The notes under the pieces: generated by a model | The model's database searches: none | The model's input: only the letters and a program-made list of their open reading frames with translations | Told to the model about the DNA's origin: nothing | Position numbers and translations under genes: made by a program | DNA from: Parcubacteria group bacterium GW2011_GWA2_38_13b | GTDB lineage: Bacteria > Patescibacteriota > Minisyncoccia > GWA2-38-13b | Direction of reading: 5' to 3' | Assembly: GCA_000992445.2 (NCBI GenBank) | Contig: LBUF02000011.1 | Location: forward strand, 35,556 to 99,555 | DNA: 64,000 nucleotides | In this document: piece after piece, positions 37,307-45,894 of the stretch | Numbering within the stretch: position 1 is the first letter of the stretch | Layout: each line of letters opens with the position of its first letter

Positions 37307-37993
37307 TTACCATCCCTTAACCACCAATCCTTTTTTTGCCGCATCCTGTTCCGCTTCCTGCTTGGAAGAACCTTCGCCGATCGCAATCTGTTCTTCTTCC
37401 AAAAACAAACCGATTTCAAATCGTTTAGCATGATCCGGACCCCATTCCCTCAAAACATAATAACTTGGCGTTATGCTTAATTTATCCTGCGATGCCTCCT
37501 GAAATAAACTTTTTGAATCGCGGTAAAGTTTATTTTTAATTATCCCGGATAATTTTATTAAAAGATATTTCGTAATAAAATTTTGGCATTTTTCGTATCC
37601 CTGATCCAAATACATCGCTCCGATAATCGCTTCAAGGGCGTCCGCTAAAATATAATGGCGCGCCTTGCCATTATCCCTGTGTTCCCCCCTGGATACCATA
37701 ATAAACCTGTCTATTCCCAATTCATAAGCCAAATCGCCAAGCATTTCAGCATTGACCAAAGACGCTCTCCAATTCGTCAGCTCGCCTTCCGGCTTATCGT
37801 ATTTCTTGTATAAATATTCAGTAACCACCAATTCCAAAACCGCGTCGCCTAAAAATTCCAACCGTTCATTATGATTCAGACCGCGTTTCGGATGTTCATT
37901 TATATAAGAACGATGCGTTAAAGATTCTTCCAATATTTTTTTTTCCTTGAAAACAACGCCAAGAACACTTTCAAGTAAAGATATGTCTTTCAA
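37307..37993 (-). CDS. rnc: Ribonuclease III (TTG start)
   Basis: Signature NERLEFLGDAVLE plus a C-terminal dsRBD. Confidence 0.93.
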   Translation of the reverse strand: MKDISLLESVLGVVFKEKKILEESLTHRSYINEHPKRGLNHNERLEFLGDAVLELVVTEYLYKKYDKPEGELTNWRASLVNAEMLGDLAYELGIDRFIMVSRGEHRDNGKARHYILADALEAIIGAMYLDQGYEKCQNFITKYLLIKLSGIIKNKLYRDSKSLFQEASQDKLSITPSYYVLREWGPDHAKRFEIGLFLEEEQIAIGEGSSKQEAEQDAAKKGLVVKGW

Positions 37994-38040
37994 GGTTAAA
38001 CCAAAAATTTAAAGTCCGAAATGCAAAATAATCCCCCAAA

Positions 38041-38150
38041 TTATCAATTATCAATTTTCAATTATCAATCAATGTTTAAATTTTCAATTTAATAATTTAA
38101 ATATTGAAAATTCATTGAAAATTAGTAATTGAAAATTGAAAATTAAGAAT
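38041..38150. repeat. Roughly 110-bp AT-rich inverted repeat built from heptamers (TATCAAT / TTGAAAA)
   Basis: Left arm TCAATTTTCAATTATCAATCAATG and right arm CATTGAAAATTAGTAATTGAAAATTGA, with an inner stem AAATTTTCAAT/ATTGAAAATT. Confidence 0.75.
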
Positions 38151-38187
38151 CAATTTTATATCTCGCGCTTTAAATTTTATTATTATC

Positions 38188-38745
38188 TTATTTTTTTATT
38201 TCTTCCTTATTTTTATCAGTTTCCACCTCTTTTTCTCTTCTTTCTTTCGCCTTCTCGGTTGAATCGTCTTTCATCGGCTCCCCGATTTCACGATAAATCG
38301 TGCCAAGCACCCCGTTTATGAATTTTCCGGACGATTCTCCGCCGAATGTTTTTGCGAGTTCAATCGACTCGTTTATAGCGACTTTCGGAGGCACTTCTTC
38401 GCGATTAGCGAACAAAAGCTCATATATGCCGATACGTAAAACATTGCGATCGATAAAAGCAATCTGCTCAATCGGCCATTCCGGAGCGCCCTTTTCGATA
38501 ATGCCATCAATCTTCTTGAGCCGTTCGACAATTCCCTGAATAATCCCCCAGACAAAAGACGCATCTTCCATACCGGGACCGAATTTATCAATATTATGAC
38601 TTATAATTTTTTTTAACTTGGAGTTTTCTTCAATATTTTTAATCTTGTACAAATCATCCATATTTTTTGCGTTGCGAAAATTATTAAAATCCCACTCATA
38701 GAGCGATTGCAATACTATAGATCTTGATAAATGCCTATTGGCCAT
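38188..38745 (-). CDS. nusB: Transcription antitermination factor NusB with a K/E-rich tail
   Basis: [20 protein letters not shown]... and ...INGVLG motifs. Confidence 0.88.
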   Translation of the reverse strand: MANRHLSRSIVLQSLYEWDFNNFRNAKNMDDLYKIKNIEENSKLKKIISHNIDKFGPGMEDASFVWGIIQGIVERLKKIDGIIEKGAPEWPIEQIAFIDRNVLRIGIYELLFANREEVPPKVAINESIELAKTFGGESSGKFINGVLGTIYREIGEPMKDDSTEKAKERREKEVETDKNKEEIKK

Positions 38746-38751
38746 AATGGT

Positions 38752-39048
38752 CTAATTTTCTTGGGATTTTTTAGATAATTCTTCGGCCGAAAGCGATTTT
38801 TTCATTTGTTGTTCTTTCTCCTGACCGGCCAATTCTTTCGCTTTTTTCTTATGTTCTTTTTTTTCCAGCTTCGCTAACACATTTATGACTTCACGGCCTT
38901 TATAAAATCCGCAATTAACGCAAGTATGATGCGGCAAGATCGATTCTCCGCATTTTGAACAAACTCCGAAAACCGTCCGCCTTAAAGCGTGATGCGATCT
39001 CCGGCTATTCCTCTTGGATTTTGTTTGTCTGCTTTTTGGTACCGCCAT
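38752..39048 (-). CDS. rpmF: Ribosomal protein L32 with a C-terminal extension
   Basis: MAVPKSRQTKSKRNSRRSHH plus a CxxC...CxxC zinc knuckle. Confidence 0.9.
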   Translation of the reverse strand: MAVPKSRQTKSKRNSRRSHHALRRTVFGVCSKCGESILPHHTCVNCGFYKGREVINVLAKLEKKEHKKKAKELAGQEKEQQMKKSLSAEELSKKSQEN

Positions 39049-39141
39049 AAAAAATACATTATTATTTTTAATTATTTACAGTATAACCATATTCTTAAAA
39101 AAAAACAACCCCGAAAATTAATATTTTCAGGGTTTTATATT

Positions 39142-39870
39142 TTATTGTTTCAAAATGAATCTTCCATAATCAATATTCGCCAACCATTTTTTTTCTTGTT
39201 CTTTATCGCGAAAAGTTATGACCGCAATCCATTCAAGCGAACTTGGTCTCAATGGTAATTTTTTGCCCTCAATTTCCATAAGACCGCGACTGCGTTCTCC
39301 GCAAACAAGCACGTCAACCATCGGCTCATTCACGGAAAGATTATAATTCTCAACCGCAATAAACGATACGTTTGTCTCTTTCGTAAATTTCCGAAAAACC
39401 GGATCGTTTTGTATTCCGATCTCCAGCTTTAATGACGGCAAACGCAAATTAAAATCTTCCGCAATACCAACCAATCGAGCTTCTTGATAAATAACGAAAA
39501 CAACGGGTCTTTCGTCGCTAAAACTAAAAAGCCCCAGGCTCCATAAAATAAAATAAAAAATCGCGCTTGCTGAAAAAATAATCGAAAGCCATTTGGCGGA
39601 AAATCTCCTGAATTTTTTATCTAACTTTTCATCATAATCATTTGAAATAAATTTCTTGCGTTCTTCAAAACATTTTCTGCCAAGCAAACCGCCGTCAAAT
39701 TGCTTTTTAATTTCCGAAAATTGAGCAGCCGCTTCTTTTGTAACATCCACGTCCCTATAGCTCAACCAATCCCTAAGACCCGCTTCGCCCGCTTCATCTA
39801 TGTTATACAATTCCATCATTAAACGAATTTCATCTTCTGTCAGATGCGGCTTTTCCAATTCTTCGCTCAT
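39142..39870 (-). CDS. Hypothetical single-pass membrane protein (242 aa)
   Basis: SD GGAGAA 9 nt upstream. Acidic N-domain, one TM (about residues 95-117) and an extracytoplasmic beta-rich C-domain. No family recognised. Confidence 0.55.
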   Translation of the reverse strand: MSEELEKPHLTEDEIRLMMELYNIDEAGEAGLRDWLSYRDVDVTKEAAAQFSEIKKQFDGGLLGRKCFEERKKFISNDYDEKLDKKFRRFSAKWLSIIFSASAIFYFILWSLGLFSFSDERPVVFVIYQEARLVGIAEDFNLRLPSLKLEIGIQNDPVFRKFTKETNVSFIAVENYNLSVNEPMVDVLVCGERSRGLMEIEGKKLPLRPSSLEWIAVITFRDKEQEKKWLANIDYGRFILKQ

Positions 39871-39927
39871 AAATTATTTTCTCCTTTTTTTATTTTCAAA
39901 TAACTTTCATTTCACTATAATACACGA

Positions 39928-40629
39928 TCACTTCTTAATCAATGATTGAAATAGACTTTTTAGCGGCTCGAATGTTTCACGATGCAGCGGACAAGGACCG
40001 TTTTTTTTCAGCGCGGTAAAATGTTTTCTTGTGCCGTATCCTTTGTGTTTATCAAATCCGTACCGCGGATATTTTTTATGCATTCGCGCCATCAGCCGGT
40101 CGCGCGTTACTTTCGCTATAATTGACGCGGCGGCGCAAGACATTGTTTTGGCATCGGCTTTAACGATAAACTTTTTTCCATATCCGTCAAAGTTTTCATT
40201 GCGGAATTCGTTGCCATCAATAATTATGAAATCCGGTCGGATTTTTAACTTTCTTATCGCTTTCAACATCGCCAGTTGCGTAGCTTTATGAATATTGATT
40301 TTATCTATAATTTTTTCCGAAACGCTCGCAACAGACCATATGATTTTTTTATTTCGCGTCAATAATTTGTACGCTTTTTCCCTTTTCTTCGCAGACAATT
40401 TTTTGGAATCGTTAATTTCTTGAAAATTGTCCCGCCATTGAGCGGGATCCGCCTCTGGCGGAAAAATTGAAAATTGAAAATTAGCCGGAAATATTACCGC
40501 GGCCGCGGTAATATTTCCGGCTAATGGCCCGCGTCCGACCTCATCAACGCCCGCGATAAATTTATATCCCCTTTCCCGCAATTTAATTTCTTCGGCAAAG
40601 TCAGGTTTTTCCCTATTTTTATTTGACAT
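39928..40629 (-). CDS. rnhB: Ribonuclease HII carrying an in-frame repeat insertion
   Basis: AGVDEVGRGPLAG catalytic motif and DSKKLS. About 16-18 extra residues (NFQFSIFPPEADPAQWRDNFQ) lie between them. Confidence 0.9.
   Translation of the reverse strand: MSNKNREKPDFAEEIKLRERGYKFIAGVDEVGRGPLAGNITAAAVIFPANFQFSIFPPEADPAQWRDNFQEINDSKKLSAKKREKAYKLLTRNKKIIWSVASVSEKIIDKINIHKATQLAMLKAIRKLKIRPDFIIIDGNEFRNENFDGYGKKFIVKADAKTMSCAAASIIAKVTRDRLMARMHKKYPRYGFDKHKGYGTRKHFTALKKNGPCPLHRETFEPLKSLFQSLIKK
40481..40524. repeat. Perfect 44-bp palindrome inside rnhB
   Basis: TTAGCCGGAAATATTACCGCGG|CCGCGGTAATATTTCCGGCTAA, verified base by base. It encodes LAGNITAAAVIFPAN. Confidence 0.95.
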
Positions 40630-40704
40630 AAAATCTATTGTATGTTATTATTATATACTGGGTATGGTTTTTTAAAAAATTAATACAAAGAAAGGAAACA
40701 AGAA

Positions 40705-41406
40705 ATGAAAAAACTACTATGGTTAGTTATATTGGCGCTAACATTGAGCACCGCGACAACGACTTCGTTGATTTATGGCGGCGGTCTCACCGACTTCACG
40801 AAAACAGGAATGACTTTCGTTGAAAAAGGACCGAATGGTCGGGTTTTAGTCGACCTAACTCCTCTTTTTAGGGTTTCCGGATATTCTTCGCAAAATCCGG
40901 AAACGAAAGAATTTACCTTAAAGGCGCTGGTAATTCCGCCGCAAGAATATAATAAATACACCGGGGAGAGATTAACCGCGCAAGAAAATACAATGGAAGA
41001 ATTAAAAAGACGCGGCGAAATCGGCGAGATAGCACTACCTGCGTTTAAGATAATTTCCGAAGTAAGTAATGAAAAGGGTGAAAAAATTCTGGTTACAGAA
41101 GGATTTAAGCTCTTGAGCAATTCCGTGATTGTTATCACGGAAAATACCACGCAAGAAGAATTGCGCCGGTTGGTAGAAAGTTTAACCCCCGGTTGCGTAG
41201 TTGAACAAACTGCGGGGGAAAACGCATTTGAGATAATAATGTCTCTAAAATGCACAGTTAACCCCCTTGAACTTGTAACCGCACTTTCCGGTCGCGACGA
41301 AATAAAATTTGTCGCTCCGCTTTTTGTACAGTGCGGACCAGATGGCGAAACATTGGGAGAGAACCCGGAACCGCTCAAAAAAGAACTGCCGAAATTCAAT
41401 ATATAA
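40705..41406 (+). CDS. Hypothetical secreted protein (233 aa)
   Basis: Signal peptide MKKLLWLVILALTLSTA and its own terminator. It appears more GC-rich than its surroundings. The 216-aa antisense ORF is S-rich shadow. Confidence 0.6.
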   Translation: MKKLLWLVILALTLSTATTTSLIYGGGLTDFTKTGMTFVEKGPNGRVLVDLTPLFRVSGYSSQNPETKEFTLKALVIPPQEYNKYTGERLTAQENTMEELKRRGEIGEIALPAFKIISEVSNEKGEKILVTEGFKLLSNSVIVITENTTQEELRRLVESLTPGCVVEQTAGENAFEIIMSLKCTVNPLELVTALSGRDEIKFVAPLFVQCGPDGETLGENPEPLKKELPKFNI

Positions 41407-41411
41407 CAATG

Positions 41412-41436
41412 GGCCTGACGCAAGTCGGGCCTTTTA
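41412..41436 (+). terminator. Intrinsic terminator of the secreted-protein gene
   Basis: GGCCTGAC-gcaa-GTCGGGCC (GNRA loop) followed by TTTT. Confidence 0.7.
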
Positions 41437-41441
41437 AATTT

Positions 41442-42155
41442 TCAATTTTTATTTTCAGTATACACCAATCTCTTTATTATACTCGCTTCTTTACCCAACC
41501 GATTTACCGCTTTTATTTCCAAAACATTCACGCCGTCCGAAAGATTGATTTCTTTGTTAAAATAACCGTTTTCGTCAACGGTGATGTTTTGCCCGTTAAT
41601 TTTCACGAAAGAATCGTAATCGGTTCTGCCAATGACATTTATTTTTGATTCAAAAACTTCCGCATCTTGAACCGGATTTTCCATAATAAGATTTGGCGGG
41701 GAAACCAAAAAACCGACTTCATAAATAAAATAACTTACAATAAATATCACGGCTGCGACTATCGCAAAAAAACTGACTGCTTTTGGCGTTATATATATTT
41801 TACCGAAAAATCCGCCGTTAAAACTTTTTTTTTCCACATTGTCATTGTTGTAAATATTATAAAAAATTCTTTTTTCTTTTTGGTAAAAATCCACGATTTC
41901 CTGGACCGGAAGTCCTAAAAATTCCGCGTATTTTTTTAAAAAACCACGCACGTAAACATCGGCCGGCAAATTATTATAATCCCCCTCCTCTATTCTCTCC
42001 AAGTACTTAACCGATACTCCGATACATTCGGCCGCTTCTTTCAAGCTTACGCCCTGTTTTATCCGCGTTTCCTTTAAAAGATCTTTGGTATGCGAAGGAC
42101 TTTTTATATTTTTTTTATTATTCAGCAAAATCATTTGTTCAAAATTAAACAACAT
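41442..42155 (-). CDS. rodZ: RodZ-like cytoskeleton protein (HTH + TM + C-terminal beta domain)
   Basis: XRE-type HTH (VSLKEAAECIGVSVKYLERIEEG..LPADVYVRGFLKKYAEFLGL) followed by a single TM. Confidence 0.65.
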   Translation of the reverse strand: MLFNFEQMILLNNKKNIKSPSHTKDLLKETRIKQGVSLKEAAECIGVSVKYLERIEEGDYNNLPADVYVRGFLKKYAEFLGLPVQEIVDFYQKEKRIFYNIYNNDNVEKKSFNGGFFGKIYITPKAVSFFAIVAAVIFIVSYFIYEVGFLVSPPNLIMENPVQDAEVFESKINVIGRTDYDSFVKINGQNITVDENGYFNKEINLSDGVNVLEIKAVNRLGKEASIIKRLVYTENKN

Positions 42156-42158
42156 CCG

Positions 42159-44330
42159 CTAATTCTCGTACTGACCGCGATCAATATCGCCACTTTCTTT
42201 TTTAACAAACACTTCCCTCGGTCTTGCTCCATCGACCGGACCGACAATTCCTTTTTCTTCAAGTAAATCAAGAAGGCGCGCAGCCCTGGCATAACCAACA
42301 CGAAGCCGTCTTTGCAAAAAAGAAGCCGACGCTCTTCCCGCTTCGATTATCATTCTTTCGGCTTCTTCATAAAGATCATCATCTATCATGCCATCGCTAA
42401 AAGAACCTGTTTTTTTATCCTGAGCGCCAAGAACATTTTCGTCATAACAAGATTCAGCGTCCCGCCCTTCTTTCAAAAATTTCACGACTTTTTTGACTTC
42501 TTTTTCCGAAACAAAAACTCCCTGAAGACGCCGCGGCTTCGAAGCATCCCCTGATAGATAAAGCATATCTCCGCTACCAAGTAATTTTTCCGCGCCGGCC
42601 ATATCCAAAATAGTTCTTGAATCGACCTGGCTTGCCACTTGAAAAGCGATGCGCGAAGTGATGTTGGCCTTAATAAGTCCGGTAATCACTTCAACGGACG
42701 GCCGTTGAGTGGATACTATCAAATGAATTCCAACCGCTCGCGCCATTTGCGCCAAACGAACAATCGCTCCTTCCATATCCCTACCGTAAGCCGCCATTAA
42801 ATCGGCCAATTCATCTATAACAATCACAATATACGGCATCCGTTCATTGTGTGTATCTTTATTATAAGAAGCAATGTCTTTCACGGCGCATTCTTCCAAT
42901 ATACGATAACGCGACTCCATTTCATTGACTGCCCACTTTAAAGTATTTATGGCTTTTGACGGCTCAACCACGACTGGAGTCAAAAGATGCGGAATATTAT
43001 TATAAAAAGTCAACTCAACTCTTTTTGGATCAATTAAAATCAAACGCAACGTTTCCGGAGAATTTTTATAAAGCAAACTCAAAATAATATCATGAATGCA
43101 CACCGATTTTCCGGAACCGGTTGCTCCGGCTATCAAAAGATGGGGCATACGCGCAATGTCGCCGAAAACCATATGACCGCTTACATCGCGTCCGATAGCA
43201 AACGATAACACGGAAGAATTTTTCTGGAATTGCTCCGTTGACAAAAACTTTTTAAGCCGCACAATAGCCACTTTCTTGTTCGGAACTTCAATGCCAACCA
43301 ACGATCTGCCGGGAATCGGCGCTTCAATTCTCAAGGGATGCGCAGCGAGCGCCAAAGACAAATCATTTTGCAAAGAAACAATACGAGAAATCTTTACGCC
43401 GATCGCCGGCTTTAAGGTGAATTGGGTTACAGTCGGACCGACATTAACATCGGACATTTCCACTTCTATGCCGAAATTTTCAAAAGTTCTTTTTATTATA
43501 TTCACATTGGCGTTAATATCACCGATCACCGGCTTTCCGGTTTCATCTTCCAAAATATCAATCGGCGGAAATTTAAAATCAACATTTTTATTCACATCAG
43601 AACGCAAACCCATTGAATTCATATCTTCTTTTTTTTGCGGTTCATTTTCTCCATAATCATCTCCGGATTCGCCGTCGCCCACTTTACTGACTTCAAATCT
43701 CGGTTTTGGCAATATGGAATTTAATATTCCCGAAATTCCATTCCGCGGATTCGCCGATTCCGCGCCATTTTCGCCAAAAGACAACTGTCCGCCTTCCGAT
43801 TCTGGCGCAATATCATTTTTTCTTTTTCCGAAAATCCAAAAAGAATCGAGAGAAATATTTAATACCAAAAGAAGCGAAATAAACATCAATGAAAATAAAA
43901 TAACAAGCGACGCGCTTACACTAAAAAATCTTTCCAAAGGCATCTTGAAAATCAATCCCAGAAAACCGCCGCTGTTTTTTTCCCCCCAAACAAAATCCAA
44001 AATGGATAAAAAACTCAATGTCAAAACGACTGATCCGAAAAACGCGGCTCGTCCCCAATTAAATTTACGCAAAGAACGAAAAAAGGTAACGGCTAAAATA
44101 AAAGATAAAATCGGCACAAGCCAGTAACCGTTTCCGAATAATTTTTTTGCCGCGCTGAAATAAAGATAACCGGCATATCCGGCTCTGCCCAAAAAACTCA
44201 TCGCGGAAATTACCGCTAAAGTAAAAAAAACGATAACCAAAATCCCCCGCTTCGTATCGGACGAAAGACCCTTTTTTTCTTCATCCATTTCTTCTTTTTT
44301 TCTTTTTTTCTTTTTTCGGAAAATTGACAT
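42159..44330 (-). CDS. ftsK: DNA translocase FtsK/SpoIIIE
   Basis: N-terminal TM segments, Walker A GATGSGKS and a gamma wHTH (LQRRLRVGYARAARLLDLLE). Confidence 0.93.
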   Translation of the reverse strand: MSIFRKKKKRKKEEMDEEKKGLSSDTKRGILVIVFFTLAVISAMSFLGRAGYAGYLYFSAAKKLFGNGYWLVPILSFILAVTFFRSLRKFNWGRAAFFGSVVLTLSFLSILDFVWGEKNSGGFLGLIFKMPLERFFSVSASLVILFSLMFISLLLVLNISLDSFWIFGKRKNDIAPESEGGQLSFGENGAESANPRNGISGILNSILPKPRFEVSKVGDGESGDDYGENEPQKKEDMNSMGLRSDVNKNVDFKFPPIDILEDETGKPVIGDINANVNIIKRTFENFGIEVEMSDVNVGPTVTQFTLKPAIGVKISRIVSLQNDLSLALAAHPLRIEAPIPGRSLVGIEVPNKKVAIVRLKKFLSTEQFQKNSSVLSFAIGRDVSGHMVFGDIARMPHLLIAGATGSGKSVCIHDIILSLLYKNSPETLRLILIDPKRVELTFYNNIPHLLTPVVVEPSKAINTLKWAVNEMESRYRILEECAVKDIASYNKDTHNERMPYIVIVIDELADLMAAYGRDMEGAIVRLAQMARAVGIHLIVSTQRPSVEVITGLIKANITSRIAFQVASQVDSRTILDMAGAEKLLGSGDMLYLSGDASKPRRLQGVFVSEKEVKKVVKFLKEGRDAESCYDENVLGAQDKKTGSFSDGMIDDDLYEEAERMIIEAGRASASFLQRRLRVGYARAARLLDLLEEKGIVGPVDGARPREVFVKKESGDIDRGQYEN

Positions 44331-44371
44331 AAATATATAATAATCAATAAATGCCTAAAATTGAAAACTAC

Positions 44372-44986
44372 CTATTTCAAATCAAAAATAAGACTTTCAA
44401 AACCAGCAGTATTTACCCAATAATTATTTGGACTATTATTAAGAAATTTATTTATTTCTTTTCTTTGCGTAATTATCTTATCACCATACCCATTGTCGCT
44501 TAACAAAATATTAGAATATTTGCCGTCTAAAAATGAAATATAAGAAACCCCGTTTTTTTCGGTTAATCTTAAAATTTCTATCAATTCAGAAATTTGTTTA
44601 TCTTGCCCGCCGCCGGAAGTATTCAAATGCTTTGCTTCGCAAAGCAAAATTTTATCTTTAGCTTTAATTATCAAATCAAGCGTTTTATTTTGTTTTTTTG
44701 TTTTTATTTTTACACCTAAATTTTCACGAACATTTTTCAAGTTAAATTTTTTGGAAAATTTAACTACGCAATAATCTGTTTTTAGAAAATCATCCCAATT
44801 AAAAAACTCTTTGAATCCTTGTTTTTTCAAGATATGAACGAGCTTATTTTCTCCGCACTTTCCTTTTTTTCGAGATGAATTGGTGTCCAATATCGCCTGC
44901 ACCCACTCTTCCGGTGTCATTTCGTTTAGCGTTCTTTTGGCAAAATATCTTTTGGTTATTTTTTTATTATTTTTAAATTTTTCCAT
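44372..44986 (-). CDS. PD-(D/E)XK nuclease, type II restriction endonuclease-like
   Basis: LDLIIKAKDKILLCEAKHLNTSGGGQDK matches D-x12-E-x-K plus a Gly-rich loop, an arrangement I recall from DpnII/MboI-type enzymes. The ATG at 44986 overlaps the upstream ORF stop by 14 nt. Confidence 0.55.
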   Translation of the reverse strand: MEKFKNNKKITKRYFAKRTLNEMTPEEWVQAILDTNSSRKKGKCGENKLVHILKKQGFKEFFNWDDFLKTDYCVVKFSKKFNLKNVRENLGVKIKTKKQNKTLDLIIKAKDKILLCEAKHLNTSGGGQDKQISELIEILRLTEKNGVSYISFLDGKYSNILLSDNGYGDKIITQRKEINKFLNNSPNNYWVNTAGFESLIFDLK

Positions 44987-45185
44987 TTGACCAATTTTCA
45001 AAACAACTTTTACATAGGTGAAGATTGTCGTCATTTGTTGGTTCTTCTATATTAAAAGTATCAAAATTTTTATCTTCATTATAATTTCCTTTTTTATCTA
45101 TATTGTATTTAACCCAAACTTTTTGTAAATTAAACCTTGAATTTTTATTGCAATAATAACATTTTACAAAATTTTCTTTATTCAT
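44973..45185 (-). CDS. 70-aa zinc-ribbon protein
   Basis: CYYC...CKSC (CxxC-x43-CxxC). It appears translationally coupled to the nuclease ORF. Confidence 0.45.
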   Translation of the reverse strand: MNKENFVKCYYCNKNSRFNLQKVWVKYNIDKKGNYNEDKNFDTFNIEEPTNDDNLHLCKSCFENWSNGKI

Positions 45186-45203
45186 ATTTTTTTATTTTTT
45201 ATG

Positions 45204-45833
45204 TTAATTATTCATATTTTGCTCCATTATTCTTATGAAATTAGACAGAGATGTGGCATCAACACCAGTTCTGTAATACCAATCCTTATATTTTTTCCAG
45301 CCAGTTCTTGTTCCATGTTTATTAAATTCCTCGAATTCTTTTTCAGTTAATAAAACATTTCTGTTGCCATTATTATTTAATAAATTTTTAATTTTATTTA
45401 TTTTTTTACCATTAGCCTTATCTATTAACGAAATTATTTGTTCAGCAAAGCGAGTGGTTAATGGAATTTCATTTTTTGTTGTCGACGATGTTATTTTAAC
45501 GCTAATTTTGCTTCTATCTATATTTTGGGAGTTCTTATCGTCTAAATTTCCACCTAGACACTTAAATAATATACAAGCTTTGTAAAATTCAATTTGATAA
45601 AATTCAGTAGTATTTATTCTTTTCAGTACTTGTTTGCATATTTTTTCAATAACTAAAACTTTTGTACTTTCAAAATCAAAAATTGCTAATTTATTTTTCT
45701 TTGATTTCTCATTACTTTCGAAATATCTATGTGCATTTTTTGCTCGCTCCAAAGTTCCAATACCTATTTTACAAACATCTTTAATATTGTGCTCAAAAAT
45801 ATACAAAATTTGTTTTTCAGTTATCTTGCTCAT
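45204..45833 (-). CDS. GIY-YIG / T5orf172-type nuclease-domain protein
   Basis: ILYIFEHNIKDVCKIGIGTLERAKNAHRYF aligns with GIY-x10-YIG-x8-R-x3-H of GIY-YIG nucleases such as I-TevI. A downstream Glu is present (LVIEKI). The C-terminal half is unknown. Confidence 0.55.
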   Translation of the reverse strand: MSKITEKQILYIFEHNIKDVCKIGIGTLERAKNAHRYFESNEKSKKNKLAIFDFESTKVLVIEKICKQVLKRINTTEFYQIEFYKACILFKCLGGNLDDKNSQNIDRSKISVKITSSTTKNEIPLTTRFAEQIISLIDKANGKKINKIKNLLNNNGNRNVLLTEKEFEEFNKHGTRTGWKKYKDWYYRTGVDATSLSNFIRIMEQNMNN

Positions 45834-45894
45834 ATTTTTTATTTCTTTAATTGTAAATCAGTCGATACAAAACACCTTCACAACTTATAATTGA

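Noticed and set aside
40773-41423. 216-aa minus-strand ORF fully overlapping the secreted-protein gene
   Set aside because: The translation is Ser/Pro/Phe-rich low-complexity sequence, typical of the antisense frame of an E/K-rich gene. It has no start context. The plus-strand ORF has a signal peptide and a terminator.
44987-45034. Longer N-terminus (MTTIFTYVKVVLKIGQ) for the PD-(D/E)XK nuclease
   Set aside because: These 16 codons are read through the 3' end of the zinc-ribbon ORF in another frame. The internal ATG at 44986 gives a typical overlapping-stop/start coupling.
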